Below, piece after piece: positions 48,532-61,399 of a DNA stretch of 64,000 nucleotides. The stretch lies in the NCBI RefSeq assembly GCF_030684315.1, contig NC_081383.1:19451942-19515941 (forward strand), given 5' to 3'. The notes below the pieces were generated by a model, which saw only the letters and a program-made list of their open reading frames with translations, did not search any database and was not told the origin of the DNA. Source of the DNA: Stegostoma tigrinum (taxonomy: Eukaryota). Every line of letters begins with the position of its first letter. Position 1 is the stretch's first letter. Position numbers and translations under genes: made by a program.

Positions 48532-51500
48532 GTTAACAGAATAATTTGGACCCCTTAAAGTTGAATACAAGCCAATGGGATTCAATCTTTTCATCCTATT
48601 TTCAGAAACATATCAAAATAAATTGAACGTAGCAGCTGGAAACTCTCAATTCTCTGGTACATTATTAAAGACCTGAGTGTATGCATATTTAACTATCCTT
48701 AGGTCGTACACAATAGCCCTTTCAAGAATACCACCCTCTAGCATAATGGACTGGATTTTGATTGCTGAGTTGGATAGCTCGAATTGGGAAATTTTCTAAT
48801 TTGCAAAACCGACCTAATTAATGGAGCACCCGATACATACAATTTTCACCCAGGTGGGAGGAGTTTTGGGGATTGTGAGGATGGTCCACCCATGAGATTG
48901 AGTTGTGCCCACCCACCACTGGAAGCAGATGTTAGGCAACCATGGGGGAGTTGAACACTGAAGCAGACTATTTAGAATGACCACCTCAATTCTTCAGGGT
49001 ATTGTTCTGGTTATTTTAGAAGTTGTTTGCCCTTTCAGCCCTGAGCTTATTCACTCTTTGACTCCCCTAACTCGCCCATCATGGCCCCCCACACTGCACA
49101 TGCCAACTTGTGCCCTACACCCAACTCCCATTACCTCATTCAATCCATGTCATCTTCAGGATCAATTAACCAGTGCCGATTAATGAGCAGACTTCAGGAA
49201 ATGAAGTTGAGAATCTTTTTAACAATCCAATACTGTTTGTATTAATCACTTATAAAAATAACAAGCTTCTTTCCAGTGGCCTTCTATTGACTTTTAATAG
49301 ACTCTTAAACTGTCATCAAAACTATGAATTGTAGCTTTTGAAACTCCAACAAGCATTCATCGGGACAGTTGAAGCAGTTGGGTAGGGTTTTGTTTTGAAC
49401 TCTTGCTGACAGCTGGAACCTATTTTTACTGTTTAATGAGCAAGTAATTTCAAAACCAGAGTATCTTGCTATTTGTGTTAATCTTATTCATGTTTAAAGA
49501 GTGTTTACATACACTCTCTAAATTCATGCCACTCTGTGGCATAAAACTCTTGGACCAGCCAAAATTGGATTTGTGTCTATGCAGCACTAAATTTGGGAAT
49601 CCTACCTGGGCAAATCATGCCCCATCCTCTTCCTCCTACTGGAAAACATTGGATCCGTTAGAAATCAAAGTGGTTGGGTGGGGTACAGGTTGGGGTGAGG
49701 GGAGGGGAGACAGAGAGTTTTCACATGCCCTGTATTTTTGAGTCTATTGAAATCCTGTAACCCCATATGTTGAGTGCTTTTTTGGAACTCTTCAATAGCA
49801 TGACGAGAACTTTGCTTGTCACTGTGGTGTATTGTACATCAAAATGAAGAAAGGAAATTTCTATACACTTGTACTGAGATTAGCGGATTCTTTCTGTACA
49901 GATGAAGCTACAGTGGACATGGCCTTGCATGTATTCCATGAAGAAATAACATGATATCAGCCCCCATTTATTGGTAAATGTATAACTAAACATAAATGTA
50001 AACAAGTTATTTACCTGTATATTGTGTGACCTTTATGAAATATATTGATTGATATGCATGTTCTGTGGTATTCTTAAAGGATTTTCTTTAAATTAAGCAT
50101 TCAATTTTAATGGCTTTATTTTTCAATAACATGTTTTATTTTAATGTTCTCGTATATATGAATATGCCTTTGATTTTCATGGTTTGCTGTTAATTTTGGA
50201 GAAAGTTTGCATGAGATGGAATTATGGCAGTAAATCCTGCGATGCATTTAAGGGAAGACATCAAGCAGAAGCTCGGTGCTTTCCATTAAGACTGAAAAGT
50301 TCATCTGCTCTTTCATGCTTCCTAATAATTGTTTCATCACTCGAGATGATAATAGTTTAAAGCGAGGACAGGTTTCTTTTCGAGGATTCTATGAGAAAAA
50401 AAGAATCACTGCTATTTTTCTAATTAATCTGGAAAGTCACCAGTTCTTTGTTATTGTGTCTTTGTTCTATATTTTACATTATTTTGCAAAGGGTAACAAT
50501 AAAACTTTTCTTTCATGTGTCATTGGTCTGTTGAGTCATTTGAAGTTGAATAAACAAAATTACTCCTGCCGAATATGATAAATAATTAATAAGCAAACTC
50601 TTATCTTAACGTTGACGTAAACATTCTGCTATTGCTTGTAACTACTCCTGCCAGGAAATCAGCCTTGCATCATCCTTACGTGTCCATTGTAACTCATCTT
50701 CAAAGTATCATACTTGTGATTGAACCAGGCCTTGGCTGACCCTTTTTTGTCTTCCTTTCATTCTATAACCTAGAAGGGATCTCTGTAGCTTTTCCTCATT
50801 GATCAAACAGCTGAAATACTGACATGTTCTTTTCTGGATTCACTTTTTAAGGGTCATATTTGCTCTAGCAATTTCTGGTACTTTTTTTTGGACTTTGCAC
50901 ATAAAGCATATTACATTCTCCTTATTGTTACATTAAAACCTATGACTTTTAGTATGTGAAATCATTGCCTTAACTTTTCATCAGTCCATTATGCTGTGCC
51001 ATAACACATTTGAAAATAAGTTGCATATTTTCAGTAAGATTCAGCAGTTACTTTGAAGTCAAGATTGTAATTTCAAGCCAGTTAATAATAGGAGTTTATA
51101 TTAGGAATCTAGAGCATGACTCAGGTTGTCATGATGCAATACCCCTGGTGATGAGACTTTTCCCACTGTGAAAATATATGGTTGTGATGGTAAGTTGCAA
51201 CCAGAATGATACATTTCACATGAATACATGGACAGAAACCTTAACAAGAAGTATGTCAAGAACATAAGTATATATTCGCTTCAGTAATTCTCATCCCTTT
51301 CCATTGTTAAAGTTCTGCTCTGACAATTGGCTCAAATTGGAATTGGCCTAAATGGAATTAATTCTCACCTGCTTAGATTTGACTACTTTAGAATCCACGC
51401 CATTCAGATCAATTCACATTCTGGGAATGATGAGGTTACTGCAACATAGCACCATCAAAAAGAAAGCAGAAATCATTATAGGCACATGGAATTACTCAAT

Positions 51501-52250
51501 TAACAGAAATACCAATACCTTAAAGTGCTCATGTATTTTAGGGCAGTCAGTGATTTATATTCTTTCCAGCATCACACAGTATGGAATAAGAATCTAGGCT
51601 GTCAACAGGTTCAAAACATGACAATTATTATGAACATCTACAAGAAATAAAACATGGAGACAACAGACAATGGGAAAAGCAGAGACTGGCAGAAATACAT
51701 GGCAATAACCGAAAGAGAGCAGAAGAATAGACATGCAAGTAAAATGGGCAGAACATGTTTCGGTTGCCTACATTTAGAATTTTGTAAGGCTTATAGGGTG
51801 CTTATAGGTAAACCTTCTTTTGTGTATATGTTAACATACTTTGAAAGCATCATATCATTTGGGAGCAATTTATTACTAGTTTTCCCTAGGTGCCAATTTG
51901 ACAAAGCAATCATTGATAGCAGTGCATTTTGCAGAAATATTTAAACCAAATAAGGAGGTAGTTTCCAATTTTCAGTTCACTTGTTTAATTGTGAGATTCA
52001 TGGCACGCTGACCAACATGGTGCTGAATAACTTTTCTCACACAATCTTCTCATGAATTATGCAAACAGGCTCTTGAGCCCTTTGTCAGGGAATCAAAGGG
52101 CTGGAGAGGCAGGAGCATTCACCATTGATGGGAGCTTCTGGCATTCCAGCTACTTTTATCACATTTAAAGCCCAATTGTACACCAGTTGAGATGCTGCAA
52201 GCCTGGAACTATTACTCACACTGCGGCACTTAACCGTTAACACTGAGGAC

Positions 52251-52483
52251 ATGGCCCAGAGCAATGGAAAAATTGCTCCCTGTACCATGGACAGGGTTCT
52301 GGAGGTGTTGATGGATAAACAGACGGAGAACAAAGCTGTCTTTCATCCAATCGACTGCCACAGGAGGCCACACCACCAAATCAAGCCAAACCTAAACTGC
52401 AGCCAATATCAGTACAGTGTCTGGTTGAAGTGGGTTAACTGCAGTGCAGAAAGAAATCAATGATCTTCCGTGTTCCACAATGG
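52251..52483 (+). pseudogene. Relic of a Harbinger-type Myb/SANT-like accessory gene exon
   Basis: MAQSNGKIAP..DRVLEVLMD....KAVFHP...RRP, then frameshifted QCRKK.NDL and a GTAA donor. This resembles Myb_DNA-bind_5/NAIF1-like proteins. Confidence 0.55.
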
Positions 52484-54010
52484 TAAAGGCCATCATCATC
52501 TCTCTGAAACTATGCAATAACTAGGCCACTAGTTTTTCCTCTGTACATGCCTCCTGCCAAAGTCCAGAGATTTCAGCTCTCTCTATTGCATGCATCATAT
52601 TCATCCAAAGGTTCTCACCCACTACATCCTCTCTAACTAGTAACCCTTGCTGCCTTCTGTATTTCCAACTCTCTCACTTGGGGACACGTCACGAATTACT
52701 ACCTTCATGCAGTTCTATTCACTTCAATCAGACTCCTGTCTCATTTCAGGATAAACTAACCCACCCGGAGACTGATATTTCCACAGCTCCCTGACTGACC
52801 TCTCTGTAATGCCAAGACTGCTTGCACTTGGCCTGAAGGTCTGACCATGCTCACGCCGCAGGCTGGAAGAACCCAGATGCCCAGAATTTGGTAAGACAAA
52901 CTGCCTAACTATCCTAGGCCAACAGTCTTGGCTGATATCTGTTGACCACCCGCCCCTTGACTGACTCTGATGACATCTTCAGACTATATATAATCTCTTT
53001 TGCTCCACAAAGAACTACTCTGCTTTGACTTTCAAACATGGTCATTTGCTTGAAGCTTGTGCAGTGTGTTTGCTGTATAAACTGTTTGCTCATGTAGGTG
53101 TGAAGTTAACATAACAGTGCAGCACAGTGATATGTGCACACCCTTGACCGTGTGAATTCCCCAATGATACAAACTGCCTGCCTCTCCTTCTGCACTGAAG
53201 AGAAACGCTTGTCACAGAGTCTGGCAGCCCGTAACCGCACACAGAGTGTTTTGTGCTCTAAGAAATCAATGTGGCCTACACGTAGGCTGACAGCCAGTAA
53301 GTCAATGCTGAAGACATTGAGTGTATGCCAAAAAAGCAATGTGAAACAGTGGCTAGCAACTACAAGTGAGTGGGCACTGAGAAGGCAAGTTAAATGCCAT
53401 AAAATACATTCTGTGTAGCTGTGTGTCTAGACAAATCCTGCATAGACCTGCATAAATGATGACATGGCAGCAAAGGTCAGCGCATAGTAACAAGTTCAGA
53501 AGTGGAGGTCAGTGCATCAGCAAACCAGTTGGTGTATGGGAATACCAAGCAAGTCATAGGTGTCCCTGAGCCCCAAAGCAAAATGTTAAAGGATTGAAGT
53601 GGTATGTGTGTGTGTTAGACTGAGAGCAGGTGATGATTTGCCAAAGGCAACTTGTGTTAACAAAATGTTAAGGAGGATGGTGGCCATGGAGCATGCAGGA
53701 TTCCAAAAAATGAGCCATATTGAACTTGAAAGATGTTGAGATTTTCCAGCACTTTCTGTTGTTCATCGTTCAGATTTGCAGCATTATGCATTTATTTGAG
53801 CATACAGGAAAATTGTTATGAAGAAGAAGTTGGGTGATTTCAGAGGAAAACTTACATTGAGCTGCAACTTCAGATCTGAGTAGCTGCTTTATGTGTCAAG
53901 AATTTTCACTATCTAGTTTCTCTGGGAATAGGTCACGACATAAAAATAAGGTGTGTTGGGGCCATAATTAGATACAAATGCAGGAAATAAGGTGTTCACT
54001 TCCACTCAAA

Positions 54011-54320
54011 GGGTGGTACCGTGGCTCAATGGTTAGCACTGCAGCCTCACAGCCCTAGGGTGTCAATCCCACCCTTGGGTGACTGTCTGCTTGGAGTTTG
54101 CACATTCTCCCTGTGTCTGTGTGCATTGCCCTTAGATGCCCCCGTTTGCTCTCACAGTCCAAAAATGTGCAAGCTAGGTAGATTGACTGTGCTGAATTGC
54201 TTATAGTATTTATGGTTGTGAAGGCTAGGTGGATTAGCCATTGGAAATGCAGAGTATTGAGGGGTGGGTCTGGGTCAGTGTGGACTCAATAGGCTTTTAT
54301 GTAGGGTTTTATAATTATGA
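54011..54320 (+). mobile_element. V-SINE (HE1-like)
   Basis: gtggctcaatggttagcactgc head and a V-domain as at 42480. Confidence 0.88.
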
Positions 54321-54949
54321 AATTGTTATTTAAGACTTGAAGGGAAAATCGTAAAGCCTTCTCTCAATGTCAATTCTCTGAATTTTTCATTCTCCCTGTG
54401 CCATTGCTCACATCACACCAGGGAAATGGTGGATGTATAGATGATAAAGAGAGATTAAACTATATAATCCGTAAAGAGGGAGAATAAAAACACATAAACA
54501 ATGGATTGAGCTTCACCAGATCCTACTATAACAATAATATAAAAAGAAACCCTGATATTTATTGTACCTGTTCAACTCTGTGTTATGAACACATTAGAAA
54601 TGTAGAAATGTACGATATGTATTTACTGACACCAAAATAAAAATTGAAAGCCAGGGTTGGGATTCTGAATCAAAACCTTTGGTTGGATGTACAATGCTGG
54701 AGTTACAAGGCTACTCTGTGAGAGTATTCTGTAGGAGGCCTATTAGTTGGGAAAAGGAATTAAGACAGTTTTAGCCAGAATGTTTAGTATCTTCTAATCC
54801 ACTGACAGAGTAAAAGATATTGAAACATGTAGTGCAATACACTTGGATATGTAATTCAACAAACAGTAATCCCAAAGTGAACAAATCATGTGCTCTCCAA
54901 TTTCTTATTCCAGTTTAGAGATTACGGAGTATTACACTGCTGCCTCATT

Positions 54950-55465
54950 ACACATAGAAACATGAAAAATAGGTGGAGTAGGCTATTCAGCCCTTCGAGC
55001 CTGCACTACCATTTAATATGATCATGGTGATCATGCAATTTCAGTATCCCATTCCGGCTTTCTCTGCAACCCCCATAATCCCTTTAGCCCCAAAGTCTAG
55101 CTCCCTCTTGAATACATCTAATGAACTGGGCCCAACAGCTTTCTGTAGCAGAGAATTCCACAGGTTCACAACTCTCCAAGTTAAGAAATTCTTTCTCATC
55201 TCAGTCCTGAATGACTTACCTCTTACTCTTAGATTGTGTCTCCTGGTTTTAGACTTCCCCAAATTCGGAAACATTCTTCCTTCATTTAGCCTGTCTGGTT
55301 CCATCAGCATTTTACATGCTTTCATCAGATGCCCACCAATCTCCTCATTCTTCTAAATTCCAGCAAGTACTAACTCAGTCCATCCAGTCTTTCCTCATAT
55401 GTCAGTCTTGCCATCCCCAGAATCAGTCTGATGAACGTTCTTTGGACTCCCTCAATAGCAAGAAT
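54950..55465 (-). mobile_element. CR1-type LINE 3' fragment
   Basis: Minus-strand ORF RMFP.LGKSKTR.HNLRVRGKSFRTEMRKNF.T.RVVNLWNSL. Confidence 0.9.
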
Positions 55466-55719
55466 TGTGCCTGTTTCATATAATTGAGTGCCTGTAAGGC
55501 AGTGTCTTTATTAAAAAGCTTAACTTCACACACAAATAAATAATCCTTTTTGACACAAGGAGATTTTTATTTGGTGCAATAATAACTACTTTTATTTAGA
55601 AATATTGCACTTCTCTGATATAAATTAACATTTCTGTTTAGTCTTTTCACACAAAGTGGAAATATTTTCTAGTGATTGCAGCTCAACACAAATACATCTA
55701 AGTTGGAACTTGAACCTAA

Positions 55720-56430
55720 TTAGTCATGTTTTCTGCTTTCTTTGAATTTATTTTTACCAAAATGCTTTCCCATGCCACCCTTCTTGTAAATGTTTTCACC
55801 TCCATAATGCTTACTTCGTTTGAACACTCTGTACTTACTATATTCTTTATGCACTTTATAATCATGTTTTTTGTTGTCATCTTGCTTAATGAAATATTTG
55901 TGCTTCTCAAAGTCTTTATAATAGCCTTGGTTTTTGTTGTATGTTGCTTGTTTAGCATTTTTCTCATGTCTTCTTGGAAAATTGAGTTGATTAAATTTAC
56001 TCCCCTTATCGCATCCCTCTTCTTTGCCCTTGGAAGTCTTCTTACCATCTCCCTCTTTGAAGTGTTGTTCTTCATAACCCTGGTGGGCCCTGTGTTTTTC
56101 CTCCTTATGTTCCTTTTTGGAGTACTTATCATCTTTCTTTTCAAATTCGGTCTTGTGATCTTTCCTGTCCTTACTGGGCCTTCGTTCTGAGTCTTTATCT
56201 TTTGGCTTATAACCACTTTTAATGCTTTTGATCTCCTTAATGTATGCAGAGATCTGCTTTTTATCAGCTGCCTCAACCTTGCAGCCTCCTGGCTTTCCTT
56301 TCTGGATGGTACACATCTTTTTCAAATCTGTTCTGACAGGAGTTTGAGGGGGAAGCTTCTTCTCAAGTTCGTTGGTGGATTTCTCAGTCTCTGAGATCAA
56401 TATCTGATCCTCTAGCATAGTCCTTTCTGC
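55720..56430 (-). CDS. JSRP1: Lys/Glu/His-rich terminal exon, probably junctional sarcoplasmic reticulum protein 1 (JP-45)
   Basis: Strong acceptor (T)10-CTCACCAG at 56431, 236 open codons ending KESRKHD-TAA, and minus-strand AATAAA at 55596-55591, 55571-55566 and 55512-55507. The gene name rests on synteny (convergent to AMH) and the charged C-terminus; the conserved TM segment is not seen in the window. Confidence 0.65.
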   Translation of the reverse strand, partial: AERTMLEDQILISETEKSTNELEKKLPPQTPVRTDLKKMCTIQKGKPGGCKVEAADKKQISAYIKEIKSIKSGYKPKDKDSERRPSKDRKDHKTEFEKKDDKYSKKEHKEEKHRAHQGYEEQHFKEGDGKKTSKGKEEGCDKGSKFNQLNFPRRHEKNAKQATYNKNQGYYKDFEKHKYFIKQDDNKKHDYKVHKEYSKYRVFKRSKHYGGENIYKKGGMGKHFGKNKFKESRKHD

Positions 56431-56469
56431 CTGGTGAGAAAAAAAAAATGCTCTGAAGAAATTGTGTTT

Positions 56470-56695
56470 ATCATCCAGTGGCCTGACCAATATTTATTCA
56501 TCAATTAACGTCAGTAAAACAGATGAACTGCTCTTTGCATGTTACTGTGTCTTAGAGCTTACTGAGCACAAATTGGCTGCTGGCTTTCTTACATTACAAC
56601 AGTGACTATAGATCAAAAGTATTCGATTGGCTGTAAAGCAATTTGGGAGTACTGAGGTTGTGAAAGGTATATTAAAATGCAAGACTTCTTTTTTA
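56470..56695 (+). mobile_element. Deu-domain SINE (SacSINE1/AmnSINE1-like) fragment
   Basis: ccaatatttat...cacaaattggctgc...cattacaacagtgacta..caaaagta..attggctgtaaagc..tgaaagg..aaatgcaag. A weaker copy lies at ~43070-43260. Confidence 0.75.
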
Positions 56696-57040
56696 AAAAG
56701 TCAGTGGGCTGAAGGGGGAAGGTACTAACCAGAGGAAAATACTTGGAAAACCAGTAATAAATCCACCATTTCATTGTAGCCCAGATCCTCTCTTATATTG
56801 TTATCAATCAGTTTAAGCCAGATAGGAAAATAAGCATAGGTGGAGGCCATTCAGCTCCTTGAGTCAATTCTGGCATTCAATTAAATCATGGCTGATCTGT
56901 AATCTAAGTCCAAATACCTGTACCCAGACAGCCCCCATATATCTTAATACCCTTGGTTAATTGAAATGTGTTAATCTTAGATTTAGAATGAACAATTAAT
57001 CCAGCAACAATGCTATTCGGATGTGTGATCCAAATTTTCA

Positions 57041-57345
57041 TCAGCACTGCTGCCTCAAAACACCAGGGACCTGGGTTTGATTCCATTCTCAAATGACTGT
57101 CTGTTTGGAGTTCGCACATTCTCCCAGTGTCTGCGCGGGTATGCTCTGGTTTTCTCCCATAGTTCAAATATGTGCAGATTAAGTGGATTGGCCATTCTGA
57201 ATTTGCCCACAGTGTCCAGGGATATGTAGGTTAGGTGGATGAGCTGTGGGAAGTGCATGGATGGGATGGGTCTGGGTGAGTTACTCTTCAGAGGTTTGAT
57301 GTGGGCTGTATGGTCTGCTTCCATACCAAAGGGATTCTATGATTC
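57041..57345 (+). mobile_element. V-SINE (HE1-like) nested in a CR1 fragment
   Basis: Colinear with 42480-42805; ends gggattctatgattc. Confidence 0.85.
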
Positions 57346-57704
57346 AAATTGGCTGCTGAAAGATCTGGCTCTAATTTTTATAACATGTCTTAGAGTCTTT
57401 TGAAATCTGTGTGTCATTCTGGTTATCGCAGTCCCTTATAGGCTAATATATCCTTCTTTATGTGCAGTGTCCAGAATTGAACACATTATTCCAGGTGCAA
57501 CTTAACTAACTATTTGCATAACTATAGTATGATGTTTATTTACTTGTATTCAAATCCTCTGGATAAAGAGGCATTAGGATCATTATGTGTTCTATAACAG
57601 CATGTTTTGCTGAATGTAATTTAATTTAATATGAAATTCTACATTATTTACTAGTTAGGTCTACAAAGAGGGAAGATTCCCCAGGCTTGACTTAGTTTTT
57701 CCTA

Positions 57705-57810
57705 ATCAGTCTGTTTGGCAATGTTATTATACACATCTGGAGCAGGTGGGACTTGAACCCAGCCTTCCCAGTCTAGGGTTACAGACACTACCACAGCACC
57801 ACAAGAGGGT
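57705..57810 (-). mobile_element. tRNA-derived SINE
   Basis: Minus strand TGGTGCTGTGGTAG (A box) ... GGGTTCAAGTCCCACC (B box). Confidence 0.65.
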
Positions 57811-60800
57811 CCCAAAAAAAAATCGTCAGATGCGAGTAAGTAGGTGGTAAAAGTCTTAACCATTTGAGTGTGGTAAAACCACTAGGACCCCCTTCCATCC
57901 GTGTCTAGTAGAGGGGTAACCTTTTCTCCTTTCATATCATACATTAATTTCCTTTATATTTTTTCAGAACTGACAACTCTAGTAGCCATTGGAATTGCTG
58001 TAAAATTTCATGTTTAGACTTTTTGGAAACAATATATCCACATGAATGACTGACCCATAGCTTAAAGAAATAGGAAACATAAGAATCAATTTAGCACATG
58101 AATCGGTTATAATGAATGGAATGTACCAAGGTCAGTATTGGAGCACCCATCATTTGCGATCTATACGAACTACCTAGAATCAGAAATACGCTAAATGTTG
58201 GTTAAAATCACAAATGGTACTAAGTTGAGGCTGAAAGGGTTCAGGGAATGTAGAAACCAATTAAAGAATTACAGAAGGACCACAAGGATTAAAAATCAAT
58301 ACAGATACAATCAAGGCAATAAATACACTGAAATCAAAAATGATCACAAAGTAGAACTTAGGAAGTTTGCTTGTATTGACATGCTGATCTCAAGACAATA
58401 TGTCTGTGTATTCATGCACTTTCCTTCACAAAGATGACTGTGATCATGGAAGTCCAACGTACATAAGTGTTAATAAAAATTGCCTGTTGTAATATTATTA
58501 CTATATTAAAGATGATTACTGAAATATAGAGATTTGCAAGTTTTACACCAGGACATATAAATTTAAAAATCAAAGAATTTGATTTTGTTTATGTAACTAT
58601 TACAACTTGTGACCAAAATTTCAAAAGTTTAAAAATATATTAAGCAATCTGTTATCCTCTATGTAAAAAACATTACTTTCTGTAGTCATATTTTGTCACC
58701 TTCCCATGTCAGAATTTGCCGTTATTAATCATCATCATCACCTTTCGAGTGTTCAACACCTGCTGTAATTTCTCCCTCTGCCACTGATGTCACTAGAGTG
58801 CTTCTGTTTTGTGTTTCTCAACTTGTACCAGAAGGAAATTTGTTGCAGTGGCCAATTCTCTTTCTCAAATTGTGGTAAACTTTGCTACTCAACTAATCAA
58901 TGCTATAAAATCAGATTTTTACACAGAACCAAGGAGACAGTACATCACCGATGCTGAAGATCTGGAATAAAAATGCAAAATATTGACAATAGTCAGTGGG
59001 TCACATCTGACACATTTCTCTCTCTGCAGAAAATGACTGATCTGACCATTTCTAATGTTTTCTGACAGGCATTATTGGTGGTATTTTCCCCTCAGAGGTA
59101 TCAAGAGAAATGGGAAGATGAAGAAATAATTGGGTGAATTTGACATGGAGATGAACTTGCTCCCTTCTCACCAATTCTGCCATTAAATTCTACTGAGAAT
59201 GGCCATGGATGACTTTTTTGACTCACCAACTTACCCCAATCTGGGAAAATCAGAGGCAAGGATGATGGTCAAAGATGGATGGCCTCTGAGAACCACCTCC
59301 CTGCCCTTGAATCCAGCTCTATTGCCCCACTCAGCAACATGAAAAGAAAATGCCCTAACTTCTCATCACTGGATTCCCTCCAGAGTAGGCGTTGTCGCTT
59401 GGTCCTTAAGACAAAGGAACTAATTGGCTGACAGCTTCTGGCAACTTGACACCAGTGTCAAAGTGCCTGATAGGGTGAGAAGCTTGCTATGTGCCGCCTC
59501 TAAGCTCGTAATGAGCTGATTGGTGTGTAGCACAGACAATTATTTCACCAGTGGGTATGATGTGTCAATCACCACGTTACACACTCACCCCAACAGAGAT
59601 GAAAAACGTCTGCACTTTAGTAATCATCTTAAATATAGTTGATGATATTAAAATTTTTGCTAACATTTACGTACGTAGGACTTCCATGAAAAGGAGTTCT
59701 ATTTGTGTGCCATTTTCCAATTACCCCAACCTCTAGCCACTTTCATCTACAAATTATTCATTCTGATCCTGTTAACTTCCACAGCAGAGAGGGTTTCCAT
59801 TATAGAATGTAGAGATTGAGTGTGCCAACATATGTAATGGATCTTATTTCAATGCCAGAAATGTTTGAAGTTGTGATGATACGCTCATACTTTGTAGAGC
59901 AGCTCACCCTTACCTCCTTAGACAGCAAGTGGATGACCAGCCTTCTGTTCTACCACCAAGACTGACTTGAATCACAGCAGAGGGCCACCATGAGGCACAT
60001 TTACCGACAAGCGTGACAATTAAGAAGCCCTCTATCGGCTGAGGCAGTTTTTGCTGCTGAATTTAGATGGGAGGATTTTTATTGTGGATTTCTCCTGTAC
60101 ATCACGTACAGTTGTAACACAGCTTTACCACGAAACAGTATCATAAATCCCAGCACCACTCTCTGACTGCATCATTCTTGCCAGGCAGCTAAAGTCTAAA
60201 TGAGCCTATTGTTGTTCATTCTTGGTCTAATCCTCTACCTGGTAAATTTAATTTCTACCCAGCTTTGATCTAATATAAATTTTATTCCGATTCCACTTTT
60301 GTTTAATTTTTGCCATCTGCTGTCCCTACCTATAGTTTGTTCACCTAATAGTCTTACCCTTTGTCTTTCCCAGTATGTTTTTCCACCTCACTGAGAGTCT
60401 ACACTTCTTATTCAGTTTTCTTCTTCCCTATTTATAATTTCTCACCGATGTCAACTGCTCAACATAACACAGTAGCTTTCTCTCCCTAAACCCAAATCCA
60501 GTTTAAGAAATAAGTCACAGATGTTATTGCGAGAAATCATCAGTAGCAACAAAGTTGATTGTTCTGACTAATTTACGTGAAGGTAAGGGGATATTTTACT
60601 TATGGTTTTACAATCAAAGTTATGGAATGTGTCGATGAATTCAGAAAATTATTCAAAATGTTAATCAACAGATTTTCTGATGGTAGCAGGAGTCAAAGCT
60701 TATTATTCATTAACAGACTCAAAAAGTTCCAATATTCTGTAGGCAATTTACAATCTTTTGATTACATACAAATAGGTTGGTATTATCCATAGCTACAAAT

Positions 60801-61074
60801 TTAATGTTAAAATTCAAAGAAGTTGACAGAGAAATTATAAATTGACATTTATTCAAGAGAAGCCATACAGCCAATTTTCTATTAAAAATGCAGCCAAATA
60901 CAATCAATAAATAATATTGGATTGTCTGATTAGTATAGCTGTTAATGGGTTCACAGCAATTAAAACATTCACTTCTACTCTTACTGGAAAATGTAGCATG
61001 TTATATAATATTTCAAGACTCTTTTAAAATATATATTATACACTTCTGTGTACATTTTAAAGAAATCTTCTTAC

Positions 61075-61145
61075 CAATTTCAAATCTTCATTATCAAGAA
61101 GTTCACTGTCAGAATACACCAACATATCGTCTACTTCAAAAATAC
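61075..61145 (-). CDS. Candidate internal exon of the same minus-strand gene (JSRP1)
   Basis: ttttcacag acceptor and GTAAGA donor; acidic peptide xIFEVDDMLVYSDSELLDNEDLKL; its phase 0 end joins the 56430 exon in frame. Confidence 0.55.
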
Positions 61146-61185
61146 CTGTGAAAATAGTCTGTGTGAGACAACCATGTAAACAGTA

Positions 61186-61320
61186 TAAAAATGCAAAATA
61201 CTGCACATATTGGAATCTGAAACAGAACAAGGACATCTGAAGAAGGGTCATATTGGATATGAAATTTTAACTCTGTTTCTCTCTCCACCGATAAGTTGAG
61301 TTTCTCTGCTTTTGTTTTAC
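61186..61320 (+). mobile_element. Family B-related mini-element (inverted tail + decayed hammerhead), 10-bp TSD
   Basis: GTAAACAGTA at 61176-61185 and 61321-61330; ctgaagaagggtcatattggatatgaaattttaactctg. Confidence 0.75.
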
Positions 61321-61399
61321 GTAAACAGTACCTTAGGTTGCGATCTAAGTGTAGTGTTCATCCACGGGAAAGCCATTTTCATCATTTTATCTATTAGTC

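Noticed and set aside
55716-56276. Hydrophobic 154-aa ORF (+) and 186-aa alternative-frame ORF (-)
   Set aside because: They are shadows of the A-rich Lys/Glu exon; splice and poly(A) signals support only the 55720-56430 frame.
58690-58860. Possible additional minus-strand exon (..EGEITAGVEHSK)
   Set aside because: No convincing acceptor/donor pair or phase fit.
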